NCBI GenBank assembly: GCA_947629835.1
Contig: CANRFH010000003.1
Span: 1-61,359 of the forward strand
Source: an uncultured Clostridia bacterium
GTDB lineage: Bacteria; Bacillota; Clostridia; TANB77; CAG-508
Direction of reading: 5' to 3'
Length of the DNA stretch: 61,359 nucleotides
Below, one piece after another: positions 8,889 to 19,454 of this stretch. A program made the translations under genes and the position numbers. The first letter of the stretch is position 1, and the number at the start of each line of letters is the position of its first letter. The notes under the pieces were generated by a model that had not been told where the DNA came from, did not search any database, and worked only from the letters and a program-made list of their open reading frames with translations.

Positions 8889-11043
8889 AAAATATCAAAT
8901 TCCATACTCCATTTGTAATTATGCAGAGAATAACTCCACAAAGAGTAGGGAGTGCAAAAGAAAGTAAAGTCCACTTCAAACTTTTTGTTTCTTTATAAAC
9001 ACTTATCAAAGTAGTGCTACAAGGGAAATGTAGTAAAGTAAATAGCATTACATTTATACCAGTAATTAGTGACCAACCATTAGCGACAAGTATTTCTTTT
9101 ATTGCAAAAGTATCACCTAAATCAACTAAGGAGTTAGCAGACATATATGACATAAGGATTATTGGCAAAACGATTTCATTCGCAGGAATTCCTAAAATAA
9201 AAGCAGTAAGAATATATCCGGTCTAATCCCATAATTCTTGCAAATGGATCTAAGAAGTTTGCAATATAAGATAAAATACTCATATCTCCAATGGAAATGT
9301 TTGCAAATAGCCAAATTACAATACCAATAGGAGCAGCGACAGAAACTGCCCTTAGCAATACAAACAAAGTTCTATCTAATAATGATCTAACTATAATCTT
9401 CCCAACTTGTGGTTTCCTATAAGGTGGAAGCTCCAAAATAAAAGAAGAAGGAGAACCTTTAAGTATAGTCTTAGAAAGCAAATTTGAAATTACAAGTGTA
9501 AGGAAAATTCCAAGTAAAATAACTAAAATAACAGCTAGAGTTGATACAAAAGAAGAAAGAAAACCTGTAAAATAGCAACCTATAAAAATAGTAGAAACAG
9601 TTATTAAAAATGGAAAACGACCATTACAAGGAACAAATGCATTAGTAACGATAGAGATAATTTTTTCTCTAGGAGAGTCTATTATTCTACAACCGAATTA
9701 CACCAGCAGCATTACATCCAAATCCCATACACATAGTTAGTGCTTGCTTTCCAGTAGAGCAAGCTTTTTTAAAATAATTGTCTAAATTAAAAGCAATTCT
9801 TGGGAGATATCCTAAATCTTCAAGCAGTGTAAATAGTGGAAAGAAAATAGCCATAGGAGGTAACATTACAGCAATGACCCAAGTCACAGTTTGATACATA
9901 CCGTAAATTAATAAATTAGTCCAAAATTCTGGAATGTTTAAGTTATGAAAAATGATAAGTAGTTTATCTTGAATAGCACCAAACATATTTGATAAAAGTG
10001 AAGATGGATAATTTGCACCAGCAATTGTAATCCAAAAAATAACTGCTAAAAAAGCAATCATTATCGGAATACCGAATTTTTTAGAAGTTAAAATTTTATC
10101 TATTTTTCTTGATTTTAAGTTATATTTTGAATTAGCAAATATGCAAGTTTTTTCTCTAATTTTCTCTGCCTCAGATATGATAGATGAAACTATGCTATCA
10201 CGAATAGAAGTAATGCTTGAAGATTCATTACTTAAATTTGTTTTTATTTGATTAAGTTTTTCTTGTATATCAGAATCATTTTCTAAGTCTATATGAAAAC
10301 TAGCTTTTAGTGCTTCGTTTATAGAGATGTTTTCATCAAGTAGTTTTAAAGAAATCCATCTAGAAAGATATTGTTTTTCGATAGGTAGTTTAGACTTTAC
10401 ATCTTCTTCAATAATGCTTATACATTCTTCAACCTCAGGAGAGTATTTAAGTTTAGATGGAACGCTTTGGGTATTATTATGATTTTCTAATGTAGAGTAG
10501 ATAACTTCTAAAAGTTTTTTTAAAGTCTTCGATTTATTTGCAATAGTTCCAACAACAGGAACTCCAAGTAATTCTGATAATAATTCTAGATTAATCTCAA
10601 TAGATTTCTTTTTTGCTTCATCTAGAAGATTAACACAAACTATAACATTTGGTGTCATCTCCAAAATTTGAAAAACTAAATTTAAATTTCTCTCTAAACA
10701 AGTTGCATCAACTACAACTATGCAAAGGTCGGGATTTCCAAAACAGATATAATCTCTTGCAATTTCTTCCTCTGATGAATTAGACATCAAAGAATATGTA
10801 CCAGGTAAATCTACTAAAAGAAAATCTTTTCCATTATATGAACATTTACCATAAGCATTAGAAACAGTTTTTCCAGGCCAGTTACCAGTATGTTGATGCA
10901 TACCAGTTAAATTGTTGAAAATGCTGGTTTTACCAACATTAGGATTTCCAGCAAAAGCTATTGTATAATCACATCCGTATTGCTTTTTCAAAAATATCTC
11001 TATCTAATGCATTACTTCCAGTAGAACTAGATGTAAGTCCCAT
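8887..11043 (-). CDS. feoB: Ferrous iron transporter FeoB; three +1 shifts at CGG
   Basis: ATG at 11043 follows the SD agaggtga. The sequence reads MGLTSSSTGSNALDRDIFEKAI|GCDYTIAFAGNPNVGKT (G1 motif), then GFGCNAAGVI|GCRIIDSPREK...TNAFVPCNGRFP, then RIMGLD|GYILTAFILGIPANEIVLPI. Confidence 0.88.
9218..9220 (-). other. In-frame CGG, +1 recoding site (feoB 3/3)
   Basis: gac CGG a on the minus strand; RIMGLD|GYILTAFILG. Confidence 0.8.
9693..9695 (-). other. In-frame CGG, +1 recoding site (feoB 2/3)
   Basis: att CGG t on the minus strand; GFGCNAAGVI|GCRIIDSPREK. Confidence 0.8.
10975..10977 (-). other. In-frame CGG, +1 recoding site (feoB 1/3)
   Basis: ata CGG a on the minus strand; DIFEKAI|GCDYTIAFAGNPNVGKT. 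Confidence 0.65.
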
Positions 11044-11128
11044 TATATCACCTCTCATAAATAATATATAAATATGTTAAAAATTAAGATAGTGTGAAAT
11101 GAATTTCACACTATTTATATATTTCTAT

Positions 11129-11350
11129 TTAAATTACCTCTATTAAACTTGCATCTTCTTTTCTTAAAGCAATTAATGTGCCTCTTATTTCAAATGCAGT
11201 AGGGTCGCCAGAGGGACTTTTTAAAACAGGAGTTATTTTAGTATTTTGTATAATTCCTAAATCTAAAAATCTTCTTTTCAAAGGACCATCACATTTTAAT
11301 TTTTGAACAGTGCAAGGTTTATTTAGTGGTATATCATATAAAGTTTTCAT
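11129..11350 (-). CDS. feoA: FeoA-family iron transport protein
   Basis: 73-aa SH3-like FeoA sequence (LKRRFLDLGI...G.PTAFEIRGTLIALRKEDA) directly upstream of feoB. Confidence 0.85.
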   Translation of the reverse strand: MKTLYDIPLNKPCTVQKLKCDGPLKRRFLDLGIIQNTKITPVLKSPSGDPTAFEIRGTLIALRKEDASLIEVI

Positions 11351-11484
11351 ATCTTATGTGACCCCCGACATTTAAAAGTTAGTTTCTCTAATAATATTTT
11401 ATACAAAAAGATACATTTTGTGATAAATATTTTATTATATGTTCTAGGACTGTTAAGTTGACCCAAAAATATCAGATATTAGCA

Positions 11485-11513
11485 TTGACAAACGCGAAAA
11501 AACAATGTATAAT
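11485..11513 (+). promoter_or_regulatory. SigA-type promoter
   Basis: TTGACA, 17-nt spacer, TATAAT. Confidence 0.55.
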
Positions 11514-11546
11514 AAATATTAAAGTCAAAGAATGGGAGGTATTTAT

Positions 11547-11699
11547 ATGCTAGCAAAGTATTGGAAAAAAATAGGAATGATAATTGTAATTATTGCCTGT
11601 TTATTTAATATAGTTATAAAGTTAGTACAAAAAATACCATATAGAGAACAACTAACCCAGTCAGCTGAATATGTTTCAGAACAAGAAAAGAAAGATTAA
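11547..11699 (+). CDS. Small membrane protein (50 aa), hypothetical
   Basis: ATG follows the SD gggaggt. One hydrophobic helix (IGMIIVIIACLFNIVI). Not in the ORF track because it is under 60 aa. Confidence 0.4.
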   Translation: MLAKYWKKIGMIIVIIACLFNIVIKLVQKIPYREQLTQSAEYVSEQEKKD

Positions 11700-11741
11700 T
11701 TTCTGATAGATAAACAAAGATAGAAAGAGGTGAAATTTACA

Positions 11742-11942
11742 ATGAAAACAGATATACAACCAGAATTTACAGATGCAACAATAACTTGTGCTTGCGGAAA
11801 TGTAATAAAAACAAAATCAACAAAAAAATCTATGAACGTTGATATTTGCTCAAACTGTCATCCATTTTGGACAGGTAACTTAAAACAAAATACAACAGGT
11901 GGTAGAGCAGATAGATTTAAGAAGAAATATGGTATAAAATAA
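11742..11942 (+). CDS. rpmE: 50S ribosomal protein L31 (Zn-ribbon type)
   Basis: MKTDIQPEF...CACGN...CSNCHPFWTG...GRADRFKKKYG; SD agaggtga. Confidence 0.92.
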   Translation: MKTDIQPEFTDATITCACGNVIKTKSTKKSMNVDICSNCHPFWTGNLKQNTTGGRADRFKKKYGIK

Positions 11943-11944
11943 AA

Positions 11945-11987
11945 AGAAAAATCTGGAAACTAGAAGTTTGCCAGATTTTTCTTTTTA
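11945..11987 (+). terminator. Rho-independent terminator
   Basis: gaaaaatctgg / ccagatttttc stem plus a T-run. Confidence 0.6.
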
Positions 11988-11998
11988 TTAAAATTTTA

Positions 11999-12027
11999 TT
12001 GACAACAAATATTTGGTCATATATAAT
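11999..12027 (+). promoter_or_regulatory. SigA-type promoter
   Basis: TTGACA, 17-nt spacer, TATAAT. Confidence 0.55.
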
Positions 12028-12077
12028 ATAATTGTACAAATGAAAAGTAAAGCAATAAACAAAAGGAGGAAGTAACA

Positions 12078-14670
12078 TTGAAAAAAACTAAAACAATATT
12101 TGTAATAATTATCTTTACAATGATATTACTCATACAATTTAAAGTAGATGCAAAAAGTATTGCAGATTTAATTCGTCCTATCGAATATACAGAAGAATTT
12201 AAACAATATTTAAATCTAAGTGATGAAGAAAAAGAGAATGTATCTATTATACCAAGACCTTATGTAATAATGAAAACAGAGAATAGATTTAAAAATCCTT
12301 TTAAATTAGCTAGAATTGTAGGATCAACAGCAGAAACATCATATACATTACAAACTATTATCCCAGAGAATTTAGTTATAAAAGATCAAAGAGATACAGA
12401 CACTTGCTGGGCATTTGCTGCTATTTCTTCATTAGAAACAAATTTAGCACTTAAAAACTATAAAAACAATATTCCAAATAAAGTTTATGACTTTTCAGAA
12501 AAACATATGGAATATGGTGTGACTAGAAAATTTTTAAATAATCAAATAAATATATATGGATTTAATAGAGAATTAAATTCCGGAGGAAATTATATTCTTG
12601 CTTCTGCATATTTAACAAATGGATTAGGAGCTGTAAATGAAGACTCAATGGTTTTTGATAATAAAGTTGATGAAATAGAATTAAGCCAAATACAAAATAA
12701 GCCAGTTACAAGCCAAGTACTAGATACAAAAGAATTTGCAGAATATACTAATGCAGATGCAACAATAAAAGAACAAATTAAGGATTATATAAAAAATTAT
12801 GGTGGACTAACAGCTTGTGTATATGGAACACCATTATTTTCTGAATACTACAATAATAAAACAGGAGCAATGTATTGTGATAATACTGAAAACTGTCCAA
12901 TGACGCATGCTGTTACAATAGTAGGTTGGGATGATGAATATAGTAAAGACAATTTTAATGAGGCTCATAAACCTACAAATAATGGAGCATGGATAGTAAA
13001 AAATTCATATGGAACTGAAAGAGAATTTGAAATAGATGATTTTAGAGAAGATATATTTTCATTATATAAAGAACATTGCCAAGAACAAGGATGGAATGAA
13101 CCATCTAATATTACAGAAGACTTTATAAAACAAGTATTAACAGCATCAGGTTATACTATAAACGGAGAAGAGGCTAGCATAAATATAGGAGACAACGGAT
13201 TCTGGCATATTTCTTATGAAGATGTAAATATATATTCACAATTACAAGGAATAACTAATGCCTTGGATGAAGTAAATTATGATAATATTTATCAATATAA
13301 CTATAATGGAACAGTAGGGTCTATGTCATATGAAGCACAAAAAATATATTTAGCAAATATATTTAGCAAAAAAACAAATTCAGATGAATATATTAATCAA
13401 GTTGCATTAAATGTTCCAGAAGAAGTTACTTGCAAAGTATATGTTAATACTAATGGAACTAGTTTAGATTTAGATAATTTACAAAAAGTCCAATTACAAG
13501 AAGGAGAGTCAGAAACATTTGATGCAGGATATCATACATTAGAATTTTTGAATCCTATAAAAATTACAGGTACTTCATTTGTAGTTATGGTTGAAATGCA
13601 GGGAACTAGGGAAAATAAAATATCATATTCAGTTGAGGGAAATATACCAGATAGTGAATATGATTCAATTGAAATAGAAGAACGGAAAATGTTTTGTGTC
13701 AGCAGATGGTTATATAGAAAATGGAGAATGGTTAGATTTATCGACATTGACTCAGCATAATGAAAGAAGCACAAATGTAGATTCAACAATAAAAGCCTTT
13801 ACAATATCAAATGTTGAAGAAGAGAAAATATTATCAAGGATAGAGATAAAAATGCCTCCAACAAAAACTTCATATATAGAAGGAGAAAATTTTGATAGCA
13901 CAGGAATGAAAGTTGTTGCTATATATGACAATGGAACATCTGAGGAAATAACAAATTATACATTAGAAGATGCAACGTCTTTGAGAGAGGGACAAACATC
14001 AGTTAAAATAAAATATAATGGACAAGAAGCAATTCAAGCCATAACAGTAGCCAAAGTAGTAGAAGAAGGACCAATTGGAATAACTTTTAATGATGCTAAT
14101 AGTAGCATAGAAAGTTTAAGAACATACACATATACGACTGATACAAGTAAAAATTATGTGTTAGCAGAAATAAAAGTAACAAATCTATTAAGAGATTTAA
14201 ATAATGATAGTTATGAATATTATTATTATATATCAACAAATTCATCAGAAACAGAGATAAATGATTGGGTGAAAATTAATGAAAATCAAACATCAGAAAA
14301 TTCACTTATTTTAAAAATAAACTCGAAGGATATTAAAAATTACGATAAAATTTCAGATGCAGAGAAGGTATATTTATACATAAAGGAAGTAGTAACCAAA
14401 GGCGAAAATCAAAAAACTACAATATCAAAAGGAATTGAGATAAAATCAAAAGTAGATAAAGCAGAAGTATATGTAGATGATGTAAAATATACAGCACCTT
14501 TGACTAATAATAATAACGATGACGATAGCAATGATAAAGATGGTACAACAATAGGAGGAAAATTGCCACAAACAGGAGAGGGCATAATGATAATAGGAGG
14601 AATAGTTATCATATTTGTACTAGGAATTATATTTGCTAAAAAGTATATAAAATACAATGAAAAGATGTAA
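12078..14670 (+). CDS. Cell-wall-anchored papain-family (C1) cysteine peptidase with LPXTG sorting signal; +1 shift at CGG 13683
   Basis: TTG start after the SD aggagga, then a signal peptide. C1 active-site context QRDTDTCWAFAAISSLE and HAVTIVGWD. The C-terminus carries LPQTGE, a TM helix and a basic tail. The two halves join as SIEIEE|GKCFVSADGYIENGEWLD. Confidence 0.8.
13683..13685 (+). other. In-frame CGG, +1 recoding site (C1 peptidase)
   Basis: gaa CGG a. It joins ORF 12078..13760 to ORF 13696..14670. There is no strong homology anchor at the junction itself. Confidence 0.65.
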
Positions 14671-14679
14671 AACAAATAA

Positions 14680-14711
14680 AAAAATCTGGCTTTATAAGCC
14701 AGATTTTTTTA
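14680..14711. terminator. Bidirectional terminator
   Basis: aaaatctggctt / aagccagatttt stem. Confidence 0.6.
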
Positions 14712-14720
14712 TGTACCTAA

Positions 14721-15629
14721 TTATTTATTAGTTTCTTTTTCTTTGAAAACTTCTGCAGCAGCTCCAAGTCCTGATAAAGCTTTTGTTGCTTCAAATGGGA
14801 TAAATACTTTATTTGCATCTCCGTTTGCAACTTCCTTTAAAGCTTCTAGTGATTTTAATTGAACTAGTTTTTCATCAGGGTTAGCTTTCTTGATTGCAGA
14901 ATAAACCATTTGAACTTCTTGTGCCTTAGCTTCTGCGACTTTCTTAATAGCTTCAGCCTCACCATCAGCACGTCTAATTTTTGCTTCTTTATCAGCCTCA
15001 GCTTGAAGAATAGCAGCTTCTTTTTGACCTTCGGCTTGAAGAATAGCAGCTTGTCTTTCACCTTCAGCTTGAAGAATAGCAGCCCTTTTATTTCTTTCTG
15101 CATTCATCTCTTTTTCCATTGCATCACGGATGTCAGCTGGTGGAGTGATATCTTTGATTTCAACTCTGTCTACTCTACAACCCCATTGATCAGTAGCTTC
15201 ATCTAGTATAACTCTAAGTCTATCGTTAATCATATCTCTTGAACTAAATGTTTGGTCTAAGTCCATTTTACCAATGATATCACGAATAGTTGTAATTGCT
15301 AGATATTCAATACCTTTTCTTAAAGATTGGATTTCATAAACTGCTTTTGCAGGGTCTGTAACTTTATAGAAAACTACAGTATCTATAGTTATTGTAACAT
15401 TATCTTTTGTAATAACTCCTTGAGGTGGAATGTCCATTGTTTGTTGTTTTAAACTAACAACTGAACGAACATGATCAAAGAAAGGGATAATTATTGTAAG
15501 ACCAGCATCAGCTATCTTATGATATTTTCCTAATCTTTCAATGATGTAAACCTCAGCTTGTTTAACGATTTTAATTGATTTAAATGCAATTATTAAAACG
15601 ATTACAAGTAATACTATTAAAAACCACAT
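14721..15629 (-). CDS. SPFH/Band-7 (stomatin/QmcA-like) membrane protein
   Basis: N-terminal TM helix, an SPFH core, and AILQAEG repeats in a coiled-coil tail. Confidence 0.85.
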   Translation of the reverse strand: MWFLIVLLVIVLIIAFKSIKIVKQAEVYIIERLGKYHKIADAGLTIIIPFFDHVRSVVSLKQQTMDIPPQGVITKDNVTITIDTVVFYKVTDPAKAVYEIQSLRKGIEYLAITTIRDIIGKMDLDQTFSSRDMINDRLRVILDEATDQWGCRVDRVEIKDITPPADIRDAMEKEMNAERNKRAAILQAEGERQAAILQAEGQKEAAILQAEADKEAKIRRADGEAEAIKKVAEAKAQEVQMVYSAIKKANPDEKLVQLKSLEALKEVANGDANKVFIPFEATKALSGLGAAAEVFKEKETNK

Positions 15630-15669
15630 AAAAAATCCTCCTTATTTATTATTATTAAATATTAAAGAC

Positions 15670-16095
15670 TTATTTTTTAGAAACGACAGCTTTTACACCG
15701 TCTATCGCATCAACTTTAACTTTATCACCAACGGAGAAAGTTTCATCTTTAGACATTGCAGTCCATTTTTCAGAACCAACTTTAATTTGTCCTACCTTAG
15801 ATGAACTGTCAAAGTCCCTAGTTACGATAGCTTCTTTTCCAATTATTGAATAAGCATTAGTTTTTATAGCAGGGTCTTTGTTATTTGCAAATTTATCTAC
15901 AAATGGTCTTGTAAGTAAAAGTAGTAAGCAAGATGATATAACAAATACAGTCATTTGAATAAATAAATTTGATGTAAATAAACTAACTATACAAGTTATA
16001 ACTGCTGCAACTCCTAACCAGAAAATCATAAAGCCAACGGTTATCATTTCTGCGATAAAGAATACACCTGCTGCAATTAACCAAATATACCACAT
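15670..16095 (-). CDS. NfeD-family membrane protein, partner of the SPFH protein
   Basis: ATG at 16095 follows the SD gggag. Two or three TM helices plus a C-terminal OB-like domain (GQIKVGSEKWTA...). Operon-adjacent to the SPFH gene. Confidence 0.75.
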   Translation of the reverse strand: MWYIWLIAAGVFFIAEMITVGFMIFWLGVAAVITCIVSLFTSNLFIQMTVFVISSCLLLLLTRPFVDKFANNKDPAIKTNAYSIIGKEAIVTRDFDSSSKVGQIKVGSEKWTAMSKDETFSVGDKVKVDAIDGVKAVVSKK

Positions 16096-16284
16096 AATAA
16101 ACACTCCCTTTTTTTGAGCTAAGGTAAGCTCTATTATAATATATTTTATGCTTATAAAAAATCTCCAATTCATATTATACTACATTTTTCTAGAAAAATA
16201 AAGTATTTTTTACAAAATTTACATAATATTTATTGAAAATATTAAATTATTGTGCTAGAATTGAAAACAAAAGGGAGGAAAAAC

Positions 16285-16891
16285 ATGGAAATTATATATC
16301 GGAACAACAAATCAAGAAAAAAGAAATCAAGTACAAAATTTTTTACAATATAATAATTATGATGTAAAGTTAATCACACTTAAAGAAATAGGTTTTAATG
16401 AAGAAATTGATGAAAACGGAGAAACATTTGAAGAAAATTCATTTATAAAAGCAAAAGCAGTAAAAGAATTTTGCAAGAAAAATAATATAGAAAAGATAGT
16501 AGTTGCAGATGATGCAGGTCTTGAAGTAGAAGCATTAGGTGGAAGACCAGGAGTGCATACTGCAAGATATGGAGGAGATCACGCACCACAAAAAATAGTT
16601 TTAGACAAATTGTTAGACGAAATGAAGGATGTACCAGAAGGAAAAAGAAATGCAAGCTTTAAGTGTGTAATAACAGCAATACTTTTAGATGGAAGTAAAA
16701 TTGTATGCAAAGGTGAAACAAAGGGAAGAATTGCTATGGAATGTGGAACAATGGGAAAGCTAACTTTTGGACCAGTTTTAATTCCAGATGGATATAATAA
16801 AGTTATGAATGATTTAACAGAAGAAGAAATAGGACATACACATAGACAAAAAGCATGGAAAGAGTTATTAGAAAAGATAAATAATAATTAA
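16285..16891 (+). CDS. rdgB: Non-canonical purine NTP pyrophosphatase RdgB/HAM1; +1 shift at CGG 16300 (codon 6)
   Basis: MEIIY|GTTNQEK...ENGETFEENSFIKA...VVADDAGLEVEALGGRPGVHTARY...FGP. The 0-frame terminates after 22 codons. Confidence 0.85.
16300..16302 (+). other. In-frame CGG, +1 recoding site (rdgB)
   Basis: tat CGG a; MEIIY|GTTNQEK, matching the family N-terminal ATgN.gK motif. Confidence 0.8.
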
Positions 16892-16936
16892 TTCTAAAAC
16901 TTAGCTTGTAAATTTGAAAGGAATGGTTAATAAATA

Positions 16937-17479
16937 ATGAAATTTAAAAATCTAATTGGACATTTAAAAACAGTAATTAAACATAAATGGGTAGTATTTA
17001 AACTTTGTGTAAAAGCAGGAATACCACTAAGAGGATTAGTTCATGATTTATCAAAGTTTTCTCCAACAGAATTTTTTGAATCTGTAAAATACTATCAAGG
17101 AGGAAAAAGAAGTCCAATAGTTGGAGCAAGGAACGATAAAGGTTATTCTGAGGCTTGGCTACATCATGCAGGTAGAAACAAACATCATTTGCAATATTGG
17201 TATGATATAGATGTAGATAAACCGATAGTGATGCCATATAAATATAGTGTAGAAATGATTTGTGATAAATTAGCAGCAGGTATAGTTTATCAAGGCAAAA
17301 ATTGGACTAAGGAATTTGAAATAAATTATTGGAATGAAAAGGAGAAGAATAAAAAATATGTTCATCCAAAAATAAATGATTTTGTAACAGAAGTATTTAC
17401 AGAGGTGAGCGAAGATGGAATAAATAAAGTTATTACAAAGAAAAATCTAAGAAAAATATATGAAAAAAATTGTAAATAG
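16937..17479 (+). CDS. DUF5662-like protein, hypothetical
   Basis: GLVHDLSKFSPTEF...YYQG..SP....R...GYS.AWLHH.GRNKHH..YW pattern recalled for DUF5662. Confidence 0.5.
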   Translation: MKFKNLIGHLKTVIKHKWVVFKLCVKAGIPLRGLVHDLSKFSPTEFFESVKYYQGGKRSPIVGARNDKGYSEAWLHHAGRNKHHLQYWYDIDVDKPIVMPYKYSVEMICDKLAAGIVYQGKNWTKEFEINYWNEKEKNKKYVHPKINDFVTEVFTEVSEDGINKVITKKNLRKIYEKNCK

Positions 17480-17498
17480 ATAATTTTTATAAAAAAAT

Positions 17499-17527
17499 TG
17501 GCGAATAATAAAATATTCGCTTTTTTC
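17499..17527 (+). terminator. Rho-independent terminator
   Basis: gcgaata / tattcgc stem plus a T-run. Confidence 0.55.
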
Positions 17528-17624
17528 ATACATAAAAAAACAAAAAAATAACAATTTTTTATTGACTTTTACTAACAGTTGGTATAGTATAAAATTATAT
17601 TATTATAAACAAAGGAGATAAAAA

Positions 17625-19019
17625 ATGAGAAAAACGATTAGATTAATATTTACCATATTAATTGTGGTAGCAATTTTAGGAATTTATACAAATGTATGTG
17701 CTACATCAGCAGGTTCATCTGAGGCATCATCAGATGCATCTTCTGACGGATCATCTAGTTCTCAAGCTCCAGAAGAAACAGCAGAAACAGTTACAATAAG
17801 TGAGAGTGCGATAACTATTAAAGTAGATGAAACAAAAGTATTAACAGCAGAATCATCTGATGAAGAAGCAACAATAACTTGGGAAAGTGATAAAGATACA
17901 GTTGCAACAGTAGTAAATGGAACAGTTAAAGGAATAAGTCCAGGTAGTGCAACAATTACTGCAAAAGGAAAAACAGCAACAGCCACTTGCACAGTAACAG
18001 TAGAAGCAAAAGAAGAAACAACTGTAACAGAATCAGACTTTTCAAAAGCAAAAGTTAATGTAAGCAAAGATGGAAGATTTTACGTTGCTGTAGCTATTAC
18101 AGGGGCAACAATAAATGAATCAAGTGATTATTATGCAATGATTACAGAAACAAATACAAAACCATCCATACCAGAAGATTTACTTGTTAAAAATGGTGTA
18201 TTTTCACTATTAAAAGATAAAAACAGTAAAACAACTCTTAATTTAGTAATTTCAGAAGAAATTATGGATAAAATGGTGTCAAATAAAGATATGTATTTAT
18301 GGGTTATTGAAAAACCTGAATACAAAGTAAATGCTGATAATACACCTAAATTTGTAAAATTTTCATCTGAGACAGAGTCTGTAAAATTAAATAGAGTAGC
18401 AGAACCTACATATGCAGATGCATTTTTTGCAACAGATATGACTTATAATTCAGATCAAATAATATTAAATTTTACTTCATCAGAAAATGGCCAAAGAAAT
18501 ATGCAAATTAAAATAGGTAAAATAACAGATAAAGCTATTTTACAAAAAATAAAAGATCAAAATGCTACTGGATTTAGTGATTTAATGCGATTTGCTAAAT
18601 CAGATAAAAGTTTTTATAATAAAACATCTAAAATAGATGTAAAAGGCTATGGAATAAAATATGAAGCTGGAACTGGATATGATACAAACTTATCTATAAT
18701 AGATATTGGAAAAAATTTGGAAGATGATGCATATTATTATTTATATGTAAAAATGGATGACGAAAATGGAAAATATATAGCTCAAGAGGCTGTTACATTA
18801 GGACAGAGCAGTGTAATTGAAGATGGAAAATGGTATATATTCTTCTATGGAAATGAAGATTTTAAATGGGGTGATTTAGGATCTGCTACAACAGATGGAA
18901 CCCAAATGCCAGGGAAATTACCACAAACAGGTCAAGCAATATTAATACCTATATCAGTGGTTGCAGCAATTAGTGTTGGAATATTCTTTGCTAAAAAATA
19001 TAAAAAATATGAATTTTAA
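17625..19019 (+). CDS. LPXTG-anchored surface protein with an Ig-like (Big_2-type) domain
   Basis: Signal peptide, an S/D-rich linker, a Big_2-like segment (ITIKVDETKVLTA...VATVVNGTVKGISPGSATITA), then LPQTGQ with a TM helix and KKYKK tail. Confidence 0.7.
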   Translation: MRKTIRLIFTILIVVAILGIYTNVCATSAGSSEASSDASSDGSSSSQAPEETAETVTISESAITIKVDETKVLTAESSDEEATITWESDKDTVATVVNGTVKGISPGSATITAKGKTATATCTVTVEAKEETTVTESDFSKAKVNVSKDGRFYVAVAITGATINESSDYYAMITETNTKPSIPEDLLVKNGVFSLLKDKNSKTTLNLVISEEIMDKMVSNKDMYLWVIEKPEYKVNADNTPKFVKFSSETESVKLNRVAEPTYADAFFATDMTYNSDQIILNFTSSENGQRNMQIKIGKITDKAILQKIKDQNATGFSDLMRFAKSDKSFYNKTSKIDVKGYGIKYEAGTGYDTNLSIIDIGKNLEDDAYYYLYVKMDDENGKYIAQEAVTLGQSSVIEDGKWYIFFYGNEDFKWGDLGSATTDGTQMPGKLPQTGQAILIPISVVAAISVGIFFAKKYKKYEF

Positions 19020-19038
19020 TTAAAGAAAATCAAATAAT

Positions 19039-19095
19039 AAGAGTGCTTTAAAAAACTTTACTTTTTAAGTGGAGTTATTAAGCACTCTTTTATTT
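19039..19095. terminator. Hairpin between convergent genes
   Basis: aagagtgctt ... aagcactctt inverted repeat. Confidence 0.4.
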
Positions 19096-19104
19096 TGTAA
19101 AATT

Positions 19105-19287
19105 TTATTCATATAAATCAGGCTCGTACAAATCTTCTATATATACATCTTTATCACCAGAACCATCTATAAATCCAACAGTTGCAATATTGTCATTTAT
19201 TTCTTGTATCCATACAGGTCTGTCATCATAAAGCACTTCGCATTTTTCCTTATTTTTTAAAATTTCATGTATTCTTTGAACATTCAT
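19105..19287 (-). CDS. sspH: H-type small acid-soluble spore protein-like
   Basis: 60 aa; MNVQRIHEIL....KCEVLYDDRPVWIQEIND resembles the SspH family. Confidence 0.6.
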   Translation of the reverse strand: MNVQRIHEILKNKEKCEVLYDDRPVWIQEINDNIATVGFIDGSGDKDVYIEDLYEPDLYE

Positions 19288-19454
19288 AAAAAACCTCCTA
19301 AAACAAAAGTATATTAAAGTTTGCTTAATAATTTAAATAAAATATGTCTTTAAAAACAGTATATACAACTTTTGGACAAAATATAACTATGAATGCATAA
19401 TTTTTTGTTTATGACAAATAATAGTTTTAAAGTAAATTAAAAGGAGGAATAGTT

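Noticed and set aside
11421-11437. A possible Fur box (tgataaatattttatta) lies upstream of feoA.
   Set aside because: It matches the 7-1-7 TGATAAT-N-ATTATCA consensus only partially. In DNA this AT-rich such a match is expected by chance, so it is not reported as a feature.
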